Shown: positions 37,604 through 45,698 of the stretch, one piece after another | How the letters are laid out: every line of letters begins with the position of its first letter | How positions within the stretch are numbered: the first letter of the stretch is position 1 | Assembly: GCA_963837135.1 (NCBI GenBank) | Contig: CAWILV010000004.1 | Span: forward strand, 487,026 to 551,025 | DNA length: 64,000 nt | DNA from: an uncultured Solirubrobacterales bacterium | GTDB lineage: Bacteria; Actinomycetota; Thermoleophilia; Solirubrobacterales; Solirubrobacteraceae | Direction of reading: 5' to 3' | Notes under the pieces: generated by a model | Seen by the model: the letters and a program-made list of their open reading frames with translations, nothing else | What the model was told of the DNA's origin: nothing | Database searches by the model: none | Program-made: the position numbers and the translations under genes

Positions 37604-38392
37604 ATGGCTGAGACAGACGAGCTCCTGGGGTCCGAGCGGGACGCCGATGTGTCCCCCGAGGAGCTCGAGGGCGGGCCGGTCGAGGAGCTCGATGCCGAGA
37701 CCCGCGCGCGGCGCGACGCGGCGCTCAGTCGCGTGCGCAAGCTCGGCGACCCGGTGCTGCGCGCGAGCGCGCTTCCGGTCGATCGCTTCGACGAGACGCT
37801 GCGCGCCGAGATTGAGCGCATGGGCAAGCTGATGGGGGACGCGCTCGGGATCGGGCTGGCGGCCACTCAGATTGGCGTGCTGCACCGCGTGCTCGTCTAT
37901 CGCGCCGACCCCGAGGAGGAGCTGACGGTGCTCGTCAATCCGGTCTTGGAATGGTCGAGCGAGGAGACGGAGATAGCGAGCGAGGGGTGTTTGAGCATTC
38001 CTTTTGTCCATGTCGACGTGGAGCGCCCCGCCGAGGTGCGGGTACGCGCGCGGGACGGGTACGGCGTGGATCTGGAGGTGCAGGGGAGCGGATTGACCGC
38101 GAGGGTGATCCAACACGAGATGGATCACCTCGACGGCGTCCTGATGATCGACCGGATCTCGCGCGCGGAGCGCAAGGAGGCGATGCGCGCGATGCGCGAG
38201 GCGCAGTGTCAGGCAAGCGAGGCTCCGGGCGCCGATCGCGCGACCCGAGACGCCGGGGACGCCGCAGATGCCGACGAGGAGCCGGATGCTGGCGAGGCTC
38301 CCACCGTCCCCGACGCGGATGGGGCTGTCCCGGGCGTCGGTGCCGCACCCCTTGCAGCGGGCGAGGCTGTCCCGGGCCGGGGTTCCGCCTAG
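37604..38392 (+). CDS. def: peptide deformylase with acidic N- and C-terminal extensions
   Basis: GIGLAATQIG, EGCLSIP and HEMDHLDG motifs. ATG 37604 is kept because the extension has coding-like GC3. In-frame GTG 37733 (VRKLGDPVLR) is the alternative start. Confidence 0.88.
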   Translation: MAETDELLGSERDADVSPEELEGGPVEELDAETRARRDAALSRVRKLGDPVLRASALPVDRFDETLRAEIERMGKLMGDALGIGLAATQIGVLHRVLVYRADPEEELTVLVNPVLEWSSEETEIASEGCLSIPFVHVDVERPAEVRVRARDGYGVDLEVQGSGLTARVIQHEMDHLDGVLMIDRISRAERKEAMRAMREAQCQASEAPGADRATRDAGDAADADEEPDAGEAPTVPDADGAVPGVGAAPLAAGEAVPGRGSA

Positions 38393-38417
38393 CGGCGGTT
38401 CGCGACGGGTCTCGATC

Positions 38418-39374
38418 TTGCGCACCGCCTTCCTCGGCACGTCCGATTTCGCCGCCGCGGTCCTCGAGCGGCTGGCCGCGAGCGATCACCGTCCATCGCT
38501 GGTTCTGAGTCGCCCCGATCGCCCACAGGGTCGTGGCCGCCGGATGGCCGCGCCACCGGTCGCCGAGAGAGCACGCGCGCTGGAGATCGCGCTGGAGCAG
38601 CCCGAGCGCGTAAACGAGCCGCCGGTCGTGGCCCGGATCGCGCAGGCGAGGCCGGACGTACTTGTCGTATGCGCCTTCGGGGCGCTGATCTCCGAGCCGC
38701 TGCTCACCGCGCACGAGATCTTGAACGTGCACCCATCGCTGCTGCCGCGCTGGCGTGGGGCCGCGCCGATCGAGCGCGCGATCATGGCCGGCGACGAGCG
38801 CACCGGCGTCTCGATCATGCGCCTCACAGCGGGACTCGACAGCGGGCCTGTATGTCTGACTGCCTCTGAGCCGATTACTCTCGAGGACACCTACGGGTCG
38901 CTTGCCGCGCGTTTGCGGGAGATCGGTGGTGAGTCGCTCGTGCGTACGCTCGATCTGATCGCCGCGGGCGAGCCCCCGCCATTTGCCGAGCAGGACGAGG
39001 GTGGCGTGACATATGCGGAGAAGATCGGCCCCGAGGACCGTCTGCTCGACCCCGCCAGGCCGGCGAGCGAGCTCGAGCGCGTCGTGCGCGCCCTCCAGCC
39101 ACACATCGGTGCGCAGGTTGCGCTCGCGGACGGGACGCTGCTCGGTGTCCGCCGGGCCCGCATCGCGGAGATCGCGCCGAGCGACGGCGATCCTGCAGAT
39201 GTGGGTATAGCCGACCACAGTCAGCCGCAAGCGGACGTGACTCAGCAATCTGGCCGCCTGCTGCTCGGCTGCCGGACAGGTGTGCTCGAGCTGCTCGAGG
39301 TCCAGCCGCCGGGCGGGCGGGCGATGGACGCCTCCGCCTATCTGCGTGGTCGTGGGCTTCCTGTACGCCGGTAG
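38418..39374 (+). CDS. fmt: methionyl-tRNA formyltransferase
   Basis: The TTG start gives (M)RTAFLGTSDFAA, the canonical Fmt N-terminus. HPSLLPRWRGAAPI motif. Lies within track ORF 38268..39374. Confidence 0.9.
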   Translation: MRTAFLGTSDFAAAVLERLAASDHRPSLVLSRPDRPQGRGRRMAAPPVAERARALEIALEQPERVNEPPVVARIAQARPDVLVVCAFGALISEPLLTAHEILNVHPSLLPRWRGAAPIERAIMAGDERTGVSIMRLTAGLDSGPVCLTASEPITLEDTYGSLAARLREIGGESLVRTLDLIAAGEPPPFAEQDEGGVTYAEKIGPEDRLLDPARPASELERVVRALQPHIGAQVALADGTLLGVRRARIAEIAPSDGDPADVGIADHSQPQADVTQQSGRLLLGCRTGVLELLEVQPPGGRAMDASAYLRGRGLPVRR

Positions 39375-40102
39375 CCGCTTGCATAGACCGGTGGTGGGAT
39401 GTCGGTTCGCAAACGGGGGTCGGGCTTGGGCGCCAGCGCCTTGGTGAACAGTGGGATGACGCCCGCCCAGGCAGGTAGGGAGTAGTCCTCCTCGTCATCT
39501 ATCGGCTGCCCGGTGCGGACCTTTGCCGAGACCTCGTCGATCGGGATCGCAAGAACCGCTGTCGCCTTGAGCTCGTTGTCCGTTGGCGGCCGCACGTCCC
39601 GCCAACGGCCCGGCACGATGTGCTCGACGATCGCCTCGAACGATGCGAGCTTCTCCGCGGGCTGCTCCACGCTCCTGGCCTCTCCCAGGAGCATCACTGA
39701 GCGGTAGTTCGCCGAATGGTGCATGGCCGAGCGGGCGAGCACGAGCCCGTCGATCAGCGTCACAGTCAGACACACCGGCGTTCCCACCGAGAGCGTCTGC
39801 AAGGTGCGGCTGGCGGTCGATCCGTGCAAATAGACGAGATCGTTGTGACGAGCGTGCAGTGTGGGGATCACAAACGGTTGGCCGTCCTGATCGACAATTC
39901 CCAGATGCGCGATCAGAGCCTCGTCGAGGATCTGATCGATGACGGCACGGTCGTAGCTGCCACGCTCACGCTTGCGCCGCAGCCGGACGCGATCGGAGGG
40001 AGGAGGAGAGGTTGGGTTGGATGAGTCCGTGGTGTCAGACACTGCTCCAGGATAGTTCGGTGATCTCCCGGCACGATCCAGTCGCACCGGATAGTCGATC
40101 AT
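39338..40102 (-). CDS. pyridoxamine 5'-phosphate oxidase family (FMN-binding split-barrel) protein
   Basis: YDRAVIDQILDEALIAHLG..., LYLHGSTASR, SANYRSVMLLG and PGRW resemble the Pyridox_ox_2-type family. The start is uncertain (ATG 40102, GTG 40087 or GTG 40042). Confidence 0.65.
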   Translation of the reverse strand: MIDYPVRLDRAGRSPNYPGAVSDTTDSSNPTSPPPSDRVRLRRKRERGSYDRAVIDQILDEALIAHLGIVDQDGQPFVIPTLHARHNDLVYLHGSTASRTLQTLSVGTPVCLTVTLIDGLVLARSAMHHSANYRSVMLLGEARSVEQPAEKLASFEAIVEHIVPGRWRDVRPPTDNELKATAVLAIPIDEVSAKVRTGQPIDDEEDYSLPAWAGVIPLFTKALAPKPDPRLRTDIPPPVYASGYRRTGSPRPRR

Positions 40103-41402
40103 GCCTCCAATGCCCAGCCCGCCGAAAGCTGCAATCGCCCCCGCGCGCCGCTGCGCCTACGTGGTGCTGCGCAGGGTCTTCGAGGACGGTGCCTATGCCG
40201 ACCGCGCCCTGCACGGGGAGGCGAAGCAGCTCGACCCGCGCGACCGGGCGTTGGCGATGCGCCTCGTCTATGGGGCCGTGCAGCGCAAGGGCACGCTCGA
40301 CTATCTGATCGAGCGTCTCGCCGATCGCCCGGCGCAGCGGCTGGACGCACGGCTGCTGGCGGCGCTGAGGCTGGGGTTGTACGAGCTTCTCTATCTGAGC
40401 GGCGCACCCGACCACGCGGTCGTGGCAGACGGAGTCGAGCTGGCCAAGGGAGGTGCGCGTGGTGGGCACGGCCTGGTCAACGCGGTGCTGCGCCGCGGCG
40501 CGCGCGAGGGCCCTGCGCTGCTGGCGCAGCTGAGTGACGAGACGCCGGAGCAGGCAGCGATCAAGCACTCCCATCCGGAGTGGATCGCACGACTGTGGTG
40601 GGAAGAGCTGGGGGCGAGCGAAGCCCGCGCGCTGATGGCCTGCGACAACGAGCCGGGTGAGGTGGCGTTGCGCGTCAACACGCTGTTCACCGACACAGAG
40701 ACGCTGGCTGGAGAGTTGCCGGTCCCAACCCACACCGACCCGGATCTGGCGGAAGCGTTGGTGCTGGAGGGCCCGTTCGACGCGCACGACTCGCCCGCTT
40801 GGCGCGCGGGAGCGTTCCTGGCGCAGTCGCGCGCGGCGATGCGCGTCTCTCGGGTGCTCGATCCGCAGCCGGGCGAGCGAGTCCTTGATCTCTGCGCTGC
40901 GCCCGGTGGCAAGAGCACCCATCTGGCGGCGTTGATGGGAGGCGAAGGCGAGGTGGTCGCGGTCGAGCGCAACGCGCGGCGGGCGGGCATGCTCACTCGC
41001 ACCGCGCAGCGGCTGCACGTTCCCAACATCCGTGTCGAGGTCACCGACGCCACGGTGAAGCGCCCGGAGCAGGCCGTATTCGACCGTGTGCTCGTTGATC
41101 CGCCGTGCTCTGGCTTGGGCACGCTGCAGGCGCGCGCCGATCTGCGCTGGCGCGTGACTGAAGAGAACGTCCGCGAGATGACCCCTATCCAGGCATCGAT
41201 CCTCGCGGCCGGTGCCGCCGCTGTCCGTCCGGGCGGCGTGCTGGTCTACTCTACGTGCACGATCTCCCCGACCGAGAACGAGCTACAGATCGCCGCCTTC
41301 TTGGATGCCCATCCCGACTTCAGCCGCGATGATTTCATGATGACGTTGCCGCACCGTGACCACACGGCCGGGTTTTTTATCGCTCGGCTGCAGCGGGGCT
41401 GA
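40101..41402 (+). CDS. rsmB: 16S rRNA (cytosine967-C5)-methyltransferase
   Basis: NusB-like N-terminus, SAM motif DLCAAPGGKS, and catalytic DPPCSGLG and YSTCT. ATG 40110 is also possible. Confidence 0.9.
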   Translation: MPPMPSPPKAAIAPARRCAYVVLRRVFEDGAYADRALHGEAKQLDPRDRALAMRLVYGAVQRKGTLDYLIERLADRPAQRLDARLLAALRLGLYELLYLSGAPDHAVVADGVELAKGGARGGHGLVNAVLRRGAREGPALLAQLSDETPEQAAIKHSHPEWIARLWWEELGASEARALMACDNEPGEVALRVNTLFTDTETLAGELPVPTHTDPDLAEALVLEGPFDAHDSPAWRAGAFLAQSRAAMRVSRVLDPQPGERVLDLCAAPGGKSTHLAALMGGEGEVVAVERNARRAGMLTRTAQRLHVPNIRVEVTDATVKRPEQAVFDRVLVDPPCSGLGTLQARADLRWRVTEENVREMTPIQASILAAGAAAVRPGGVLVYSTCTISPTENELQIAAFLDAHPDFSRDDFMMTLPHRDHTAGFFIARLQRG

Positions 41403-41408
41403 GCTGTT

Positions 41409-41660
41409 GTGATGGCTAACGACGCAGGAGCCTCGAGCGGCGCGCCGGTCGATCTCGGGCCGAAGTGTCCCAACTGCGGCGAGCCGTGGCTGCGTCCGAC
41501 CAACCTCCCGGGGCGCTATCGCTGCGTGTATTGCCTGCACCGCTTCGAGCTCACCTCCGTGTGCCCCAATTGCGGCGAGCACTCGACGATCGTGCGGATG
41601 GCCGATACCGCGCTCGTGAAGTGCAACAACTGCGGCGATTCGATGCTCCAGCCGATATGA
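41409..41660 (+). CDS. small double zinc-ribbon protein
   Basis: 83 aa with two CPNCG...C-x2-C units (CPNCG-x17-CVYC and CPNCG-x15-CNNCG). Starts 6 nt after the rsmB stop (GTG 41409 or ATG 41412). Confidence 0.6.
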   Translation: MMANDAGASSGAPVDLGPKCPNCGEPWLRPTNLPGRYRCVYCLHRFELTSVCPNCGEHSTIVRMADTALVKCNNCGDSMLQPI

Positions 41661-41814
41661 ACACGTATACCGAACCGGGAGACACTCGCTCCGCTCGCAT
41701 CCCCGAACCGGCCAGCGCTGGATCTGTGTCCTCAGTCGCTCGCGTGCGTAGCACGCCACGCTCCCTGCGTCCTTGCCCAGCTTGCTCTACGTGTCCATAT
41801 GAGGTGGACGGCAC

Positions 41815-42504
41815 ATGAACGAGACTTCAATTGAGCTTCTGAAGGGCGTGCGCGTCGCGCCGTCGATCCTGTCCGCCGACTTCGCGCGGCTGCGCGAGCA
41901 GGTTGGCGAGGTGTTGGACGCCGGCGCGCGGATCATCCATGTGGACGTGATGGACGGACACTTCGTGCCCCCGATCACCGTCGGTCCGCTGGTCGTCGCG
42001 GCGCTGCACGAGCAGGTCAGCCAAGCCGGCGCGATGCTCGACGTGCACCTGATGATCGAGCGCCCCGAGCGGCACGTCGCGGACTTCGTACAGGCGGGTG
42101 CGGACTCGATCACGTTCCACGCCGAGGCCACGCAGCACGTCGCCTACGCGGCGGATCTGATTCGACAGGGTGGGGCGGGAGTTGGCGTGGCGATCAACCC
42201 GGCCACGCCGGTCGGCGCGCTGGCAGAGGTGGTGGAGCTGCTGGACATGGCTTTGTGCATGACCGTCAACCCCGGCTGGGGTGGGCAGCCGTTCATCGTG
42301 CATTCTCCGCAGAAGATCGAGCGCGTGCGCGCGATCGTCGGTGCTGGTGTGGCCGTTGAGGTGGACGGCGGGGTTGATCCTGAGACTGCACCGGTATGCC
42401 GCACGGCGGGCGCGAGCGTGTTCGTGGCGGGCTCGGCGATCTTCGGTGCGTCCGATCCCGGGGACGCTTACCTGGCGATCGCGCGCTCCGTCGAGGCCGG
42501 CTGA
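41815..42504 (+). CDS. rpe: ribulose-phosphate 3-epimerase
   Basis: APSILSADFARL, HVDVMDGHFVP and VDGG motifs. GAGGTGGA Shine-Dalgarno upstream. Confidence 0.95.
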   Translation: MNETSIELLKGVRVAPSILSADFARLREQVGEVLDAGARIIHVDVMDGHFVPPITVGPLVVAALHEQVSQAGAMLDVHLMIERPERHVADFVQAGADSITFHAEATQHVAYAADLIRQGGAGVGVAINPATPVGALAEVVELLDMALCMTVNPGWGGQPFIVHSPQKIERVRAIVGAGVAVEVDGGVDPETAPVCRTAGASVFVAGSAIFGASDPGDAYLAIARSVEAG

Positions 42505-43922
42505 GCGTCGCTCTGCCCGGCGGCCGATCCACCCTTCGCGTCCCCGCGCCAGTACAACATCGCCAGCGTGCTGGCCAGCAGCGCGGTCGCGCCCGCGTAG
42601 CCGATCTCGGTCCGCAGCAGCTGTTCGCTCACGGCCGGGATCAGCATCCACACGAGGAACAACGCCGCCGCCAGTCCCCAGCAGCAAGCGGCGGCGCGCG
42701 CGCGGTCGCGCGCCAGGGCGGCCTGGTTCAGCGCTCCCGAGGTCAGATGCAGGCCCATGCCCAGGCCGATCAACGCGAGGCCAAAGCGGTCGTAGGTGAA
42801 GTGCTGCCCGAATAGGTGGCTCATCACGAAGGGGCCGATCACCAACAGCCCGAGGGCGACTGCCGCGGCGAAGGCGGCGATTGCGCGTACCGTCAGACGG
42901 ATCGCACGGGCGAAGGCCTCATGGCCATCGGTCACCTCGAGGCCCGTCAGATGGGGCAGCAGCGATGTTTGAATCGCCTGGAACAGCTGTAACGGCGCAC
43001 GCGCGATCAGCAGCACGTTGAACACGATTCCCGCGAGCGCCTTATCGGGCGAGGTCGCCGCCACGGTCAGCACCGCCGCGTTCAGGATCGTCTGCTCGGA
43101 GAGCATGATGCCCGACACCGAGCCGGCAAAACCCGTGCCTCGTCGTAGCGAGAGGTCGTCGTGGGCCGCCGCCTCCTGCACGCCCTCTGTACCCGGTCCA
43201 GCCAAGGCCGCGACCGCCTCGTCCACGGTGATCGGAGCTGAGGTCAGTGCGGCTTCGGTCTCCGCGATCGCTCCGATAGTGGCGCTCTCGTGCTCGTGGC
43301 GTTCGTCGCCCCTTCGCGCAAAGGCCAGCGGCACCACTATCAGCGAGACCAGCGGCGCCGCCGCGATCCCGAGCGCGACCGCTGTCTGGCCGCTCGTGAT
43401 CCCCAGCGCAGCGGCGATCACGAAGCAGATCCGCGAGACCGACTCCATCAGCACCAGGCCGCCGAACAGGGCGAAGTACTCGTGTCCCGCCAGCCATCCC
43501 CGTGCGAAGTAGCTCGCTGCGTAGGCCAGGGTGCCCACGATCAGCACGTCATATAGCGCGCTGTAGCCGTCGAACACGTGGTTCACCAGCTCTTCGCGCA
43601 GAGCTAGCGCGACCGCGAGGAAGATCAACGCAAAGCTTGCCTGGATCGCGATCGGGATGCGCAACGGGTGGTGTGTGTATCCGCGTGCGCGGCGTTCGGC
43701 GATTGTGCGCGAAAGCAGCTGTTCGATCGGCCGGTAGATCACCGAGATCACGACGAACATCACCGACCACAGCACGTCCAGACGCTGGGCCGATTCTTCC
43801 CCCAGGACATGGCTCGCGATCGAGAAGAACGCGAACGTCAGCAGGCCCGTGGAGGCAATCCCGATCGACAGGATCCTCGCGCCACTCCCATAGGAGCGCG
43901 GCGAGCGGTTAGAGCCGGACAA
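42468..43922 (-). CDS. polysaccharide/oligosaccharide flippase-like polytopic membrane protein (MOP/Wzx-type)
   Basis: About 12 hydrophobic segments. Start set at TTG 43922, which overlaps the upstream methyltransferase gene by 14 nt, within track ORF 42468..44057. The family call rests on architecture and context only. Confidence 0.5.
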   Translation of the reverse strand: MSGSNRSPRSYGSGARILSIGIASTGLLTFAFFSIASHVLGEESAQRLDVLWSVMFVVISVIYRPIEQLLSRTIAERRARGYTHHPLRIPIAIQASFALIFLAVALALREELVNHVFDGYSALYDVLIVGTLAYAASYFARGWLAGHEYFALFGGLVLMESVSRICFVIAAALGITSGQTAVALGIAAAPLVSLIVVPLAFARRGDERHEHESATIGAIAETEAALTSAPITVDEAVAALAGPGTEGVQEAAAHDDLSLRRGTGFAGSVSGIMLSEQTILNAAVLTVAATSPDKALAGIVFNVLLIARAPLQLFQAIQTSLLPHLTGLEVTDGHEAFARAIRLTVRAIAAFAAAVALGLLVIGPFVMSHLFGQHFTYDRFGLALIGLGMGLHLTSGALNQAALARDRARAAACCWGLAAALFLVWMLIPAVSEQLLRTEIGYAGATALLASTLAMLYWRGDAKGGSAAGQSDAQPASTERAIAR

Positions 43923-44535
43923 GCAGCATCGTCCAGGGGAACGGCGAGCGGACCTCGACGACCTGGCCGTAGCGGGAGAGCAGCCCGACGAACGAGCGCC
44001 GCGACCAATGGTTGAGGTGTCCGGGGGTGTTGCCGAGGTCTGACCAGTAGGCGCCACGCGCCATGTTAAGCCCTCGCCACAAGGGCTCGCGGGGCACGGA
44101 CACGAGCAGATGGCGCTCGGCGCAGCGCGCCATCTCAGCGAGTGTGTGCTCGGGGTCCGGGACGTGCTCGAGCACCTCGATCGCGCTGGCGAGGTCGAAC
44201 TCGTTCTCGGCGAACGGCAGGCTCTCGGCGTGCATCACTTGGTATTCAAGATTCGGCGCCTGACGCTCGGCCCAGCCGGCCTGAATCGACTCCTCCTCCA
44301 GGTCGATCCCGACCACACGCCGCTCGTCCAACCGCTGCGCCCACTTGTGCACGAGTACCCCCTCGCCACAGCCGACATCGAGCAGCGAGCGGGGCTCGGC
44401 GCGCGTGAACAATTCGTCGAGCGTGCGCTCGAAGGCGCCCATCAGACGGCGCACGACGGGGTTGGTGGAGCCGTACTTGTCGTAGGTGTTGCCGGTGACG
44501 ATCCCTTCCTCAGAGACGGTGACAGCGCCGCTCAT
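43909..44535 (-). CDS. class I SAM-dependent methyltransferase
   Basis: Motif I LLDVGCGEGVL, an acidic post-I residue (GIDLEEE), and the AIEVLEHVPDP motif. 208 aa. Confidence 0.85.
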   Translation of the reverse strand: MSGAVTVSEEGIVTGNTYDKYGSTNPVVRRLMGAFERTLDELFTRAEPRSLLDVGCGEGVLVHKWAQRLDERRVVGIDLEEESIQAGWAERQAPNLEYQVMHAESLPFAENEFDLASAIEVLEHVPDPEHTLAEMARCAERHLLVSVPREPLWRGLNMARGAYWSDLGNTPGHLNHWSRRSFVGLLSRYGQVVEVRSPFPWTMLLVRL

Positions 44536-45629
44536 GAGCGCACCGCCTCGTGCTCCTCGGTCCCCGTTCGCCTCGTCCCTGGGTCGGAGATGTTCTCATC
44601 TGGCGCTCTGAGTGCCGGGTCTGGGTCGTTCTTGTCTGGGTCTCTCTCCTCGATCGGACGACCCGGCTCGTAATGCGAGGGTCCCACGTTCAGCTCCAGC
44701 TCGATCCGGCGCACTCGTTCGAAGGTCTTCTGCGTCATCACTCGCTGTGCGGCGAGCAGGTCGCCGATCACCCCCAGCGCGAACAGCACGACGGCAGCGA
44801 TGAACAGCACCGCGCCGAGGATCAGCGATTGCACGTGGCCCTTGCCGCCGCCGTCGATATAGGAGATGACGAAGCGAATCCAAACCGCGAGCGCGGCCAC
44901 GCCGATCAGCGCGGACAGGCTCCAGAACACGCGCAGCGGCTCATATTGGGCATAGATCCGGAAGATCGAAACGGCGTTGCGTCGCACGTAGGCGCCCATC
45001 GAGGGAAACAGGCGCGACTCGCGCGTCTTCGGGTTGGTGCGAATCGGAACGTGATCGATCGCGACGAGCTGCTTGCCTGCTTGGATGATCGTCTCCAGCG
45101 TGTAGGTGAACTTTGAGACCACGAGCAGCTGGATCGCCGCCTCGCGGTTGTAAGCGCGAAAGCCGGAGGTGGTGTCCGGCACGGATGTGGAGGAGGCCTG
45201 GCGCACGACCCACGAGCCGAGACGCTGGAGCGACTTCTTCAGCGGTGAGAAGTGCTCGATGCCCGTGACCTCGCGGTCACCGACGACCATGTCTGCGCGC
45301 CCGGCGAGGATCGGCACCACTAGCCTTGCGATGTCCGGGCCGTAGTACTGGTTGTCGGCGTCGGTGTTGACGATCACGTCGGCGCCGAGCTTCAAGCAGG
45401 CATCCAAGCCCGCCTGGAATCCTGCCGCGAGGCCCTTGTTGTTCGTCAGGCGCACGATGTGGTCGACGCCGTGCGCGCGCGCGACCGCGATCGTCTCGTC
45501 GGTCGAGCCATCGTCGATCACGAGTCGCTCGACGACGTCGAAGCCCTCGACCTCATCGGGCAGGTCCGCGATGGTCGCCGGGAGCTGTTCCGCCTCGTTG
45601 AAGCAGGGAATTTGAATGATGAGCTTCAC
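44532..45629 (-). CDS. family 2 glycosyltransferase, polyprenyl-phosphate sugar synthase-like (GtrB/Ppm1/ArnC architecture)
   Basis: IQIPCFNEAE, VIDDGSTDET and TDADNQ (DxD), with two C-terminal TM helices. Start GTG 45629 inside track ORF 44532..45941. ATGA overlap with the methyltransferase gene. Confidence 0.8.
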   Translation of the reverse strand: MKLIIQIPCFNEAEQLPATIADLPDEVEGFDVVERLVIDDGSTDETIAVARAHGVDHIVRLTNNKGLAAGFQAGLDACLKLGADVIVNTDADNQYYGPDIARLVVPILAGRADMVVGDREVTGIEHFSPLKKSLQRLGSWVVRQASSTSVPDTTSGFRAYNREAAIQLLVVSKFTYTLETIIQAGKQLVAIDHVPIRTNPKTRESRLFPSMGAYVRRNAVSIFRIYAQYEPLRVFWSLSALIGVAALAVWIRFVISYIDGGGKGHVQSLILGAVLFIAAVVLFALGVIGDLLAAQRVMTQKTFERVRRIELELNVGPSHYEPGRPIEERDPDKNDPDPALRAPDENISDPGTRRTGTEEHEAVRS

Positions 45630-45698
45630 CTGGGTGAAGCCTACCCAGTGGGGTGCGTCGTCAGGGGCAACGGCTTGCAAGGATAGGCTCTGCGACCA

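Noticed and set aside
39338-39374. Two convergent gene pairs overlap by exactly 37 nt: fmt with the PNPOx gene here, and rpe with the flippase gene at 42468-42504. This could hint at a shared element.
   Set aside because: The two overlapping sequences are unrelated. The equal length looks coincidental.
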